This document shows, one piece after another, positions 1 to 8,596 of a DNA stretch of 64,000 bases. The DNA is from a virus. Position numbers and translations under genes: made by a program. Position 1 is the first letter of the stretch. Each line of letters starts with the position of its first letter. Below the pieces are notes generated by a model that saw nothing but the letters and a program-made list of their open reading frames with translations, made no database searches and was not told the origin of the DNA. Where the stretch lies: the IMG/VR virus record IMGVR_UViG_3300036715_000153, positions 64,001-128,000 of that record, one strand, 5' to 3'.

Positions 1-1009
1 TTGCAGCAGCAGATATACTTGAGATTGTTGATGTCTGAGTTTGGTCGCATCTAGCGTACTTGATACAACGACCAGTACCGTATGAGAAAGAAAGCGCACT
101 TGCATTCAAGTTTACGTTGTTCGTTATACCTACGCCAGCAGTACCGTTTACCCAGTTACTTACAGTATTACAATATAAACCGGCAGAGTTATAAAGAACC
201 CAACCCTCTGGTATTTGTTGTGAAACTGCGAATGTTAGCGTAGAAACGCCAGTAGCCGCAGTTAAGTTACCGCTACCTAGAACTTTAAAGTATGCACCTG
301 GATTTGTAGTAAGGTTATATGTTAATGTTGTACTAGACGGTGCAGAAGTTATCACGAACAATCCGTTATAACCGTCTGTTATGTCTGTTCCACGCAAACC
401 ACCAACACCAATCCAGTCACCTGTAACATATCCATGCGCAGAGGCGAATGTTAGCGTGACAACACCGGCAGACCAAGATGCATCGATGATTGGCTGAGAC
501 CATGGTTGATAGTAGTAGGCGCCGGCAGATGTCTGTGATGCTTGCGCAGCAGCTGCAAAAGTACAAGTAAGAGATGCTGAGATTGCATTTAAGATCGTGC
601 CGATATATGTACCAGTGGATGTATACAGTTTTGTTCCAGCTGGATATGTTTGTGCAACCGAGAATGTACCAGTAGTGGCTGCCGATGCGACTGTTAATGT
701 AGTAGCACCGCCAGAAATTAAAGCGGGAGTTGGAGCAGTACCAGAACCACCTGTGTATGGAATAATACTGACGTTTGTACCGTCAATTAATACTCCACCA
801 TTAATTGCCGTAGCAGATACAGTAACAGAATCTAAAGAACCATTAGATGCACCTGGGGATGTAATATGACCCGCGTTCCATTTTGTATCTGTGTCGATTA
901 TTAGTTTTCCGTTGTTCTGGGCAATACTATCGACTACAGCTGTAGTCATAATCTGTTGACCGGATATTAGATCATAGTTGATAGATGCTTCGTGAATAAA
1001 GTTTGCCAT
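1..1009 (-). CDS. Virion structural/decoration protein, 3'-truncated by the window edge
   Basis: Own translation from ATG at 1009: MANFIHEASINYDLISGQ..., open to position 1. Thr/Gly/Ala-rich, with an FCCH-like segment (VTLTFASAHGYVTGDWIGVGG). Late promoter upstream. Confidence 0.75.
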   Translation of the reverse strand, partial: MANFIHEASINYDLISGQQIMTTAVVDSIAQNNGKLIIDTDTKWNAGHITSPGASNGSLDSVTVSATAINGGVLIDGTNVSIIPYTGGSGTAPTPALISGGATTLTVASAATTGTFSVAQTYPAGTKLYTSTGTYIGTILNAISASLTCTFAAAAQASQTSAGAYYYQPWSQPIIDASWSAGVVTLTFASAHGYVTGDWIGVGGLRGTDITDGYNGLFVITSAPSSTTLTYNLTTNPGAYFKVLGSGNLTAATGVSTLTFAVSQQIPEGWVLYNSAGLYCNTVSNWVNGTAGVGITNNVNLNASALSFSYGTGRCIKYARCDQTQTSTISSISAAA

Positions 1010-1038
1010 TTAATAAGTCCAATAATCCTCGTTTATGA

Positions 1039-1046
1039 TATTTATA
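1039..1046 (-). promoter_or_regulatory. T4-type late promoter TATAAATA
   Basis: Exact TATAAATA on the minus strand about 30 nt before the ATG at 1009. Confidence 0.65.
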
Positions 1047-1053
1047 ATAGTAA

Positions 1054-1075
1054 AATGGGAACCGAAGTTCCCATT
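1054..1075 (-). terminator. Rho-independent terminator with cUUCGg tetraloop
   Basis: Minus strand AATGGGAAC-TTCG-GTTCCCATT running into a short T tract, just after the stop of 1100..2827. Confidence 0.75.
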
Positions 1076-1099
1076 AATACGATTCATTACTTTTAAATA

Positions 1100-2827
1100 T
1101 CACGCATCTGAGGTTTGCACAATACCTTGCGAGCCACCCGAGGATCCAAGTGATGCAGAGAATGTTTGGAACGTCTTAATCGAATCTGTATAACTTGGTC
1201 CAGTACCACCAAATCGAGCACGCACTGCTAATGTTCTAGGTGTACCAGAGTACACGCAGTTATAAGACATCGTAGCGCCAGAAGAAATACCATCGATATA
1301 ACTGATGAATGCGTTTGCACCGTTTACCGCATTATTAGTCGAGAAGTTATACGATGTAATTGTGAACGTCTTAGTAGCAAAATTAACTGCCGAATACGGA
1401 TGGCGTGTATATTGACCGTTTGCTCTCAGAATACGAATCGTGCCTGTTGAAGGAGTATCCGCTGGTATAGCCTGTGTTACCACAACCGATGTAACAGCCG
1501 CACCAGATAATACACCGTTCAATGTAAACTGACTAACGTCTATTGCAGTCCCGGTAGATGGGCCAACGAGAACAGAGTAGCCACTCAACAAGTTAGACAC
1601 AGTGAATGATACGTTGTTTGGTGGATTACGAGCTACACCGTCGAGTGCAGTGAACAAATCGTCCTTAGTTACGTCTACATATTCCAGTGCAAAACCATAA
1701 GCACCGACAATCGCTGAACCAGTCGACTGTCCGCAGAATGGTGTCGATACCGTTGTTTCTAATACTGTACCAGTTGTTGCAGTAACACCGCCTTGTGTAA
1801 CTGTGCCAGTAGGAGCAACACCTGACAGTAATTGAATATACATTGTGCCTGATGTGCCGCCGTCAATATCAGCTAAGATAGCACCTGTACCTGCTGTGGT
1901 ACCTGAGCCCCACGTTAAGCTAGCACCACCTTGAACAAAGGTTCCGCCAGCCTGTGCTGTATATGTTACTGAATGAGTGATGCCTCTGAACAGTTCACCT
2001 GGTACACCATATATAGTTGTTACGTTCGTACGACCAGTTAAGTATTTCATACGCTCATAGAACTGTTTGATCGTGAACGTATCTCTATTCCATTGTGAAT
2101 AATAAGATTCTAGCGAACCGTTATTATCCATATCAATCTGATTATAACCAGCTGTGAGGTTTGTAATTGTTGTCCAACCCGAAACTGTCGCACTCGCTGT
2201 TGTGTTGTTCAAGTCAGCTGCGTATGTCAAAGGTACAACGTTTACACCGCGACCTGTACCGGGAATCTTAAATTCTGAGTATGTTTTAAACCATTCCCGA
2301 GTTTGGAACAGTACACGCTTACCGTCTATGTCTGAACCAGCTGTACGAACCTTCAACATAAACTGTGTAGATTTACCTGTTGCTGTATCTGGGTTCAGAC
2401 CACGGTAAGAGGCACCATTTGGAGTATTATTCCAGAAGTCGGTAGTTACACGAGCACCAGCTTGAATAACGTCAACATAGCAGCCTGGGTTTGCAACAAC
2501 AGCTACACCGTCCCAAATATCTGTACCACCGCCCTGAATAATCGAACCACCGTAAATGTATTCAGATGCTTTAGTAGTATATGCTTCGTCTAGTGCATAC
2601 CCATTAATCAAGTTGATGATCGTATCAAACGATTTATCCGTTGGGGTATCACGTGTAATATCCATGAAGTCATCTAGTGCAGATGCCTGATCATCTGCCA
2701 AGTCTTGTAGCCAACGATGCAGTTCCAAGACAGTTACGTAATTGGCTCCAGCTACACCGTGTGCGGCTCCTACATATCTAATCGTCTTGTCAGTGTTGAC
2801 TGCCCAAGATGTGCTTACTAATGCCAT
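1100..2827 (-). CDS. Putative virion structural protein
   Basis: 575-aa T/G/S-rich ORF. ACTAAATA motif at 2854-2861 and AAGGAA RBS upstream; terminator downstream. Confidence 0.7.
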   Translation of the reverse strand: MALVSTSWAVNTDKTIRYVGAAHGVAGANYVTVLELHRWLQDLADDQASALDDFMDITRDTPTDKSFDTIINLINGYALDEAYTTKASEYIYGGSIIQGGGTDIWDGVAVVANPGCYVDVIQAGARVTTDFWNNTPNGASYRGLNPDTATGKSTQFMLKVRTAGSDIDGKRVLFQTREWFKTYSEFKIPGTGRGVNVVPLTYAADLNNTTASATVSGWTTITNLTAGYNQIDMDNNGSLESYYSQWNRDTFTIKQFYERMKYLTGRTNVTTIYGVPGELFRGITHSVTYTAQAGGTFVQGGASLTWGSGTTAGTGAILADIDGGTSGTMYIQLLSGVAPTGTVTQGGVTATTGTVLETTVSTPFCGQSTGSAIVGAYGFALEYVDVTKDDLFTALDGVARNPPNNVSFTVSNLLSGYSVLVGPSTGTAIDVSQFTLNGVLSGAAVTSVVVTQAIPADTPSTGTIRILRANGQYTRHPYSAVNFATKTFTITSYNFSTNNAVNGANAFISYIDGISSGATMSYNCVYSGTPRTLAVRARFGGTGPSYTDSIKTFQTFSASLGSSGGSQGIVQTSDA

Positions 2828-2852
2828 GATCGATTCCTTTTGTTAATTGTAT

Positions 2853-3176
2853 TTATTTAGTTTTTCTATTATTTTGATTTTGAATAATCTGTTTCAGAAG
2901 CTCCTGTTGATTATCAAATCTTTCTTTAGCAAGGGAATCTGCTTTACTTTGCGCTTCAATCATAGCTTTAGTACGCTCATCCAATCGTTCTTGACCAGCT
3001 TGTAATGTATTAACCTGGGCGTGTACTTCTGCATTAGATTTAACTGCATCTTCTAAAGTTTGGACTTTATTTATGGTCTGGCCCCATGCGACGCTACCAG
3101 CGAACAATGCAATGATAATGAACCAATATGTTTTTAACCACTCTAAAAATTCTGGTGTTTTACTTCTGATAGTCAT
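2853..3176 (-). CDS. Membrane-anchored coiled-coil protein (holin/spanin-like)
   Basis: Start probably MTIRSK (AGGA RBS). One hydrophobic helix (YWFIIIALFAGSVAW) followed by coiled coil. Confidence 0.55.
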   Translation of the reverse strand: MTIRSKTPEFLEWLKTYWFIIIALFAGSVAWGQTINKVQTLEDAVKSNAEVHAQVNTLQAGQERLDERTKAMIEAQSKADSLAKERFDNQQELLKQIIQNQNNRKTK

Positions 3177-3354
3177 ATTTCCTATGTTCCTTACTGTAGC
3201 CATTTTTAGACTCTTTACACCCAATAACGAGCGTCAATACTGCATAGAATATTCCGATTGAGAATAATGAAACATCATAGTATAGTATAGCAACAGTCGA
3301 AATACCTATACTAAGTAATATCGACGCTATCCACATAATAGTATTTAACGTCAT
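3160..3354 (-). CDS. Small two-TM membrane protein
   Basis: 64 aa, two hydrophobic stretches, overlaps both neighbours. Confidence 0.5.
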   Translation of the reverse strand: MTLNTIMWIASILLSIGISTVAILYYDVSLFSIGIFYAVLTLVIGCKESKNGYSKEHRKYDYQK

Positions 3355-3800
3355 AATATTCCACTAGCAGGTACACCACGAAGTCTAACTGCTTCGAGTG
3401 CTTCCTTTAATGTTTTAGTTAGTGATTCGATGTGTTCATCGCGAATGCTGAGTTCTTTATCTTTGATAAGTATTTTATCTTGTAGTTCGATGTTTTCTTT
3501 CTCAAGCGCAACGAGCATACGAACACTGATGGTCAAATCTGCAATCTTGACATTTAACTCTGCATTCTCTTGTGCTAATCTCTTGAGCTGATCCGACATA
3601 ATATTCATGTGTTCTGCCATGCGAGTATTTTCTAGTCTAAGATTTTCAAATAGATTCTGACTAGCCTGATCTATTGATGTATCTCTTTTCTCTGTGTAGA
3701 ATAATCTACGGACGTGTCTAATGAAATATATGAGTGCGGTTATTGAAGCTCCACCACCTAATACGTATGCTACTGGGTCGGACGATAATATATCTATCAT
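3351..3800 (-). CDS. N-terminal TM plus coiled-coil protein (lysis-cassette type)
   Basis: VAYVLGGGASITALIYFI helix followed by long heptad repeats. Confidence 0.6.
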   Translation of the reverse strand: MIDILSSDPVAYVLGGGASITALIYFIRHVRRLFYTEKRDTSIDQASQNLFENLRLENTRMAEHMNIMSDQLKRLAQENAELNVKIADLTISVRMLVALEKENIELQDKILIKDKELSIRDEHIESLTKTLKEALEAVRLRGVPASGIL

Positions 3801-3804
3801 ATTA

Positions 3805-4248
3805 TTATTTTGTAGATGGGAAACGTATTAAAGACCACCATGATGCCATAGCTAAAACTATAGCTGACCCAGCGGCATCGGGCATAGAATGAAATACTTG
3901 TTCACACAATACAGAGCTTAACATTCCAATTGAAATGCCTGTCCATAAGAATGATCCAAGAATCGAATCTAGAAAAAATAGAATTTTTATTCGCTTACAT
4001 GAGAACAACGAGACCATTGCGGCGATACCATGAATACAAAATAGCAAAGTCCAAATTTCTTCTGGCATCGCTTTATCGGCCACATAAAACATTGGTCTAT
4101 CGAACGTATTCCCTGGCATTGCCAGTAAGATAGCCCATGATAAAGACGATAATGCTAACACTAATCTTAGTGCCAAAAGATCAGCCTCATTGAAGAGATG
4201 CGATAACTTTTCCTTAAAGGATTTATTTTTATCTTCTGAGCATTTCAT
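3805..4248 (-). CDS. Four-TM membrane protein (holin-like)
   Basis: Four hydrophobic segments in 147 aa. Confidence 0.55.
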   Translation of the reverse strand: MKCSEDKNKSFKEKLSHLFNEADLLALRLVLALSSLSWAILLAMPGNTFDRPMFYVADKAMPEEIWTLLFCIHGIAAMVSLFSCKRIKILFFLDSILGSFLWTGISIGMLSSVLCEQVFHSMPDAAGSAIVLAMASWWSLIRFPSTK

Positions 4249-4610
4249 TATTTAGCCTTAGATTTCCCAGATGCGTCTTCTACAACAGCTTCTTCATCTT
4301 TACTAGACTTACTTCCCATGTACTTACTCCAGCCAGCCATGAGACCCATAGCAGCCAAATACAAACCAAAGATACCTTCGGTTAAAGTACCAGCGACTGT
4401 CAGCTTCGTAACAACCCAAGTACCTGTGAAGATAGCAACCAATTGTCCTAGACCTGTCTTAGATGCTTTACCTTTTTCATCTACGAGTAGATCGAACACA
4501 TTAAATGTGTGATTAGATTGAACATGTGCTCTCCACAAGATTATTGCAATAATACCAACAGCAGTAATGTGTGGAATGTATGGAATATAAGGTGTAAGAA
4601 AATCAATCAT
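4248..4610 (-). CDS. Putative holin-like membrane protein
   Basis: Three TM segments and a charged C-terminal tail (SKSSKDEE...KSKAK). Confidence 0.55.
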   Translation of the reverse strand: MIDFLTPYIPYIPHITAVGIIAIILWRAHVQSNHTFNVFDLLVDEKGKASKTGLGQLVAIFTGTWVVTKLTVAGTLTEGIFGLYLAAMGLMAGWSKYMGSKSSKDEEAVVEDASGKSKAK

Positions 4611-5128
4611 ATCGTGTACATAATTTCCATTTTAGTAGATGCGCCGATTGCTGAAATATTAACAGCCAGATATGTCCATTTATTAGTCATTGCGACTACT
4701 GTGGAGCTACCGTCTGTCGCTGTATTCGATAGCGTACCGAGTGCAGGTACCCAGTGAAGATTGTCTAGTGAACCTTCAAGTGTCGCTGTAGTTGTACCTG
4801 TTCCAGTTACAAACGACTGAATGATTTGACCGGCGCCGGTTGAGTTTTGTGGTATAAATACGTAACGTCCGGTTGCACCTGCGCGGAACGAGTCTATCGA
4901 CACTGTACCCGTTAGGAATAATGCATAATCAGATGAACACTGTACCGTGAATACGGTTGCTGATGTAACTGTTGCAGATGCTTGTAGGTCTTGTGGGGAG
5001 TTTGTTGATTTGATACGTACTGCATCACCTGTAACTAGGTTATGGTTTAATGTAGTTGTTACAGTGAGAACGTTAGATGCCCACACTGCTGTGTAATCTA
5101 ATTCGCGTTTGACTTTTCTGGATGACAT
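4607..5128 (-). CDS. Putative structural protein with FCCH-like domain
   Basis: LTVTTTLNHNLVTGDAVRI motif; late motif ACTAAATT at 5162-5169. Confidence 0.6.
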   Translation of the reverse strand: MSSRKVKRELDYTAVWASNVLTVTTTLNHNLVTGDAVRIKSTNSPQDLQASATVTSATVFTVQCSSDYALFLTGTVSIDSFRAGATGRYVFIPQNSTGAGQIIQSFVTGTGTTTATLEGSLDNLHWVPALGTLSNTATDGSSTVVAMTNKWTYLAVNISAIGASTKMEIMYTI

Positions 5129-5168
5129 AGATGCATTACCTGTTTAATGTTTAACTATAGTAATTTAG

Positions 5169-5738
5169 TTATCTTGTAGTTTCACCGCCGAGCTTCAATG
5201 AAATCCTTGGTCTTATATCAATCGTAATACGTCTTTTAGCTCCAACAGCTTCTTTGTGGATATTGTTCAATGACCATCCAAACTGTATCATATAACCATA
5301 GCGATCAGTCCACTTGCCCGCCTTCTTATAATCGAAGTATTTAACGTTATTGTTCTTACAGGTACGATATACCGAACCTAGTGTATAACCATTGTCGCCG
5401 ATGTCAATCTCTTGCCCAGTCGATGTGTATTCAGATATTCTACTTACATTAATACCATACAGCTGCATGAAACCATAAGCAGGATTTCTCAATGCCCAAT
5501 TAAATCCGCATACCCACTTCTTACGCCAAGGTGCATAATCTTTTGTATAAGACATCTCACGATCAATAAACATCTGATCACCAATGGCTGGTGCATCTTG
5601 CGTCTGAAACCAACCTAACCATGATGGTAGATAACCTTCGTCGTTAATAAAGAAAGGCAAGATAGGAGATAATATTACGTTTAAAATCATCACCACGATT
5701 GTTGCAACTGCTAGACAGAACCATTCAATAAACATCAT
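5169..5738 (-). CDS. Conserved phage hypothetical membrane protein of tail-fibre regions
   Basis: N-terminal TM; LPSWLGWFQTQD and WALRNPAYGF motifs. Confidence 0.6.
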   Translation of the reverse strand: MMFIEWFCLAVATIVVMILNVILSPILPFFINDEGYLPSWLGWFQTQDAPAIGDQMFIDREMSYTKDYAPWRKKWVCGFNWALRNPAYGFMQLYGINVSRISEYTSTGQEIDIGDNGYTLGSVYRTCKNNNVKYFDYKKAGKWTDRYGYMIQFGWSLNNIHKEAVGAKRRITIDIRPRISLKLGGETTR

Positions 5739-5808
5739 AGTCCATGCCCAATCATGTAAATGAGTGTTAAGAATGTTGTCATAAAGATTAATATGATTGT
5801 TGCTCGTT

Positions 5809-6252
5809 TCATGTTGGATCCTTTAATAGTGGACTAAGCATTAGATTAGATGATATTCTGCTTAGGTTGTCGTATCTTAGTAAGTTTACTCCGGCTTCTT
5901 TGAAACAGTATGCTACCAATTCAAAGCAAAACCATTTATCGGTTTCTTGCCAATCTCTGTTGAATGCAAACCCTAATACGCCTAGCCAGTCATAAGATTT
6001 ATTTAATTGGTCGATTGCTGTTAGGTGTATCTTATCGTATTGCTCCGCAGTTACTTCGACCTCTAAGATGAGATATTTATCAGGCTCTACTTCTCTTAAT
6101 TTAACTCCGCCTGGTAGTGCACCTAATAGTCGCCCATCTGGCATAATAAAATCTACGTGAGAATAGTCTGACCAATCTCTCCATCTAATAAGTCTCGAAA
6201 TTAATGAGTTTGTGGTTGAGAATCTTAGTCTTATTTTCACTAAACAGTCCAT
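5809..6252 (-). CDS. Permuted papain-like (YiiX/NlpC-P60-type) amidase
   Basis: YSHVDF (His), YDWLGVLG and WFCFELVA (Cys; usually CSE) in permuted order. True start may be GTG at 6240. Confidence 0.7.
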   Translation of the reverse strand: MDCLVKIRLRFSTTNSLISRLIRWRDWSDYSHVDFIMPDGRLLGALPGGVKLREVEPDKYLILEVEVTAEQYDKIHLTAIDQLNKSYDWLGVLGFAFNRDWQETDKWFCFELVAYCFKEAGVNLLRYDNLSRISSNLMLSPLLKDPT

Positions 6253-6369
6253 ACCATAATAGGTAATTCGGCGAGCAGTATGTGTGCAAACTTATACTCG
6301 ATACTGTCGATTTTGTTTTGTAGGTCTTTACAGTTCATATTATCCCTTAACGAATATCTGTGATGTAGA

Positions 6370-8097
6370 TCATAGCACTCGGACACGCACTTCGCCACGC
6401 GCTCCTGCACCTGCTGCACCATTCAAACCATATCCACCTCCGGATGGTGCCAAACCATTTTTAGAATTCACATTACCGCCTGCACCACCCAGAACTGAGG
6501 GGCCGCCAACAGTTGCGCCATCACTGCTACCACCGCCACCGCCATAAATTGAGCCAGTTCCATAACCGCCGCCGGATACCCCACCGCCCCCGCCACCTGT
6601 TGTAATTACATAAGTGCTAGGGGTCACCGAACCAGTGCCAGCTGCACCCTGTTCCGTTGTCACTGTATCTTTATAATTTACAGACCAGTTAGTTACGGAT
6701 GCTCCGGGAGTATGACCTACTGCGCTAGTACCACCACCGCCAGCGCCGCCGCCTACGCTACTTGTTCCGCCACCGCCTCCGCCTACACTTAATAAAGAAC
6801 CAACTGAAGACGCGCCTCCATTACCTCCTGGGTTACCTGCTGCACCGCCGGCTCCAACAGTAACAGTTTCGGTTGCGCCCATTTGTGATGCGAGCACTAC
6901 TCTGCTCGCATATGCACCCCCTCCCCCGCCATCAGTAGATACATTACTGCCACCGCCGCCGCCGCCCCAACATTCAATTAGTATTTGCGCATTGGGATCG
7001 ATTAAGGATGGTTTTTTCCACGTACCGCTAGCTGTGAATGTCTGATAATTTCGGTTGTTACTTATCTGCTTAGAGTTCGAATATGCGAATCCCATCCAAT
7101 TTGAGCCATCGCACGTCAGCACAACGGAAGCACCTGGATCGAGCGGCAATGTTGAACCATACCTGCCGGCAGCATATATTAGTTGGGCGCAGGATATTGT
7201 TACAACGCCACCTGTATCAAAATTATATATAGAAATAATCTTTCCACCATTACCCGTAGGCGATGGCAGAGTCACTGTTCCATCACTTGCGCTATTATAG
7301 TAAAGAAGATTTCCGAAATCTGTCGCTGTTAATGTTGCTCCGGCAGAAACACTATACATTGTGCCTCCGTGCCAATTTGATGCTGTCTGTGCAAAAGCTG
7401 TTGTCGCGAGTTGTGTAGTGTTAGTACCGGCTGCTGCAGTGGGTCCACTTGGCGTGCCTGTAAAGGTAGGACTTGTAGCAAATACATTAACACCGGTCCC
7501 TGTTTCATCCGTCAAGGCAGCGGCAAGTTGTGCAGAAGTAAACGAACCAAGAACAGTCGCATTGCCAACTGATGTGACGTGTCCCGTTAAGTTAGCATTG
7601 GTAGTTACTGTAGTAGCTGTAGTAGCTGTAGTAGCTGTAGCTGCGTTACCACCAATACTTAAATTTGCCACTGGAGTTGTTGAAGTAACAGCAAATGGCG
7701 GAGTTCCAGTTGCAATTGCTGATGTAAACGTACTCGCACTAAACGGCTGGGTAGCGTCACCATTCCTACTAGCCTTTGATGTAAACCCATCTACTATGTT
7801 AGTTCCATCGCCTCTTAATAAGGCAGTTGTTCCGTTTAGTAATGTTACTCCAGTACCACTAAGAGTCTTTACCACTATACTAAATCCACCAACCGTATTG
7901 TTTACTACAATATATGCGTTAGGTGTTGATGGAAGAATCAAGTTCCTAGTAGCAGTTAAAGTGCCTCCTACAGAAATAGTAGGATTAATTAACTTATCTG
8001 TAGAAACCGTGAAGTCTGCAGTATTATCATGTACGACTGCAGAAGTGCCCTTCAAGGACTTATCAATCGTAGGTGAATTTCCTATGTATCCTGTCAT
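6370..8097 (-). CDS. Tail fibre protein with C-terminal glycine-rich domain
   Basis: SPTFTGTPSGPTAAAGTNTTQLATTAF fibre motif; FTASGTW...CWGGGGGG Gly-rich domain; TATAAATA at 8124-8131. Confidence 0.8.
   Translation of the reverse strand: MTGYIGNSPTIDKSLKGTSAVVHDNTADFTVSTDKLINPTISVGGTLTATRNLILPSTPNAYIVVNNTVGGFSIVVKTLSGTGVTLLNGTTALLRGDGTNIVDGFTSKASRNGDATQPFSASTFTSAIATGTPPFAVTSTTPVANLSIGGNAATATTATTATTVTTNANLTGHVTSVGNATVLGSFTSAQLAAALTDETGTGVNVFATSPTFTGTPSGPTAAAGTNTTQLATTAFAQTASNWHGGTMYSVSAGATLTATDFGNLLYYNSASDGTVTLPSPTGNGGKIISIYNFDTGGVVTISCAQLIYAAGRYGSTLPLDPGASVVLTCDGSNWMGFAYSNSKQISNNRNYQTFTASGTWKKPSLIDPNAQILIECWGGGGGGSNVSTDGGGGGAYASRVVLASQMGATETVTVGAGGAAGNPGGNGGASSVGSLLSVGGGGGGTSSVGGGAGGGGTSAVGHTPGASVTNWSVNYKDTVTTEQGAAGTGSVTPSTYVITTGGGGGGVSGGGYGTGSIYGGGGGSSDGATVGGPSVLGGAGGNVNSKNGLAPSGGGYGLNGAAGAGARGEVRVRVL
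7611..7643. repeat. 9-bp tandem repeat (TAGTAGCTG) encoding Thr-Ala-Thr repeats
   Basis: tagtagctgtagtagctgtagtagctgtagctg, inside the fibre gene. Confidence 0.8.
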
Positions 8098-8161
8098 TAT
8101 TTAATTACCATTTATATTAATATTATTTATACTAATTAATCCGAAGTAATCATGGTTGATG

Positions 8162-8587
8162 TTACCATACTACCGCTTGAACTTCTTCGACTGTAGCAGC
8201 CGCATTTACTATATTCGTCAAATCGATTAACTTCGCCGAGTATGATTGATAAGAAGCCTTACCATCAGATAGAACCTGCTTAATCTGAGCCGCAGTATGA
8301 GGTCGTTTGGCCCAAACTCCTGCTGAGTCGCAATTCCAGAAATCGACACTTTCGCCCGATGTAACAGCGCCGATTAAATTAATCTGGTCATTCTGTTTAC
8401 TTGGATATGTGTAAGCTGTACCTAGTGCGCTGGAGGAGAATCCAGAGACAATGGCAGCACCACATGAGGCTGTCAGGATTTCAATCTGTGTAGCTTTAAC
8501 GAAGGTTAATATTTCATCCTCAGTATAAACAATTGGGTTTGCAGGGGGTGGAAGACCATTGTGAGGCCATTGTGTGATGTCTGTCAT
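8162..8587 (-). CDS. DUF4376-like tail fibre assembly protein
   Basis: GFSSSALGTAYTYPSKQNDQINL...HTAAQIKQV...VQAVVW pattern; lies between fibre genes. Confidence 0.75.
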   Translation of the reverse strand: MTDITQWPHNGLPPPANPIVYTEDEILTFVKATQIEILTASCGAAIVSGFSSSALGTAYTYPSKQNDQINLIGAVTSGESVDFWNCDSAGVWAKRPHTAAQIKQVLSDGKASYQSYSAKLIDLTNIVNAAATVEEVQAVVW

Positions 8588-8596
8588 ATTTTTCCT

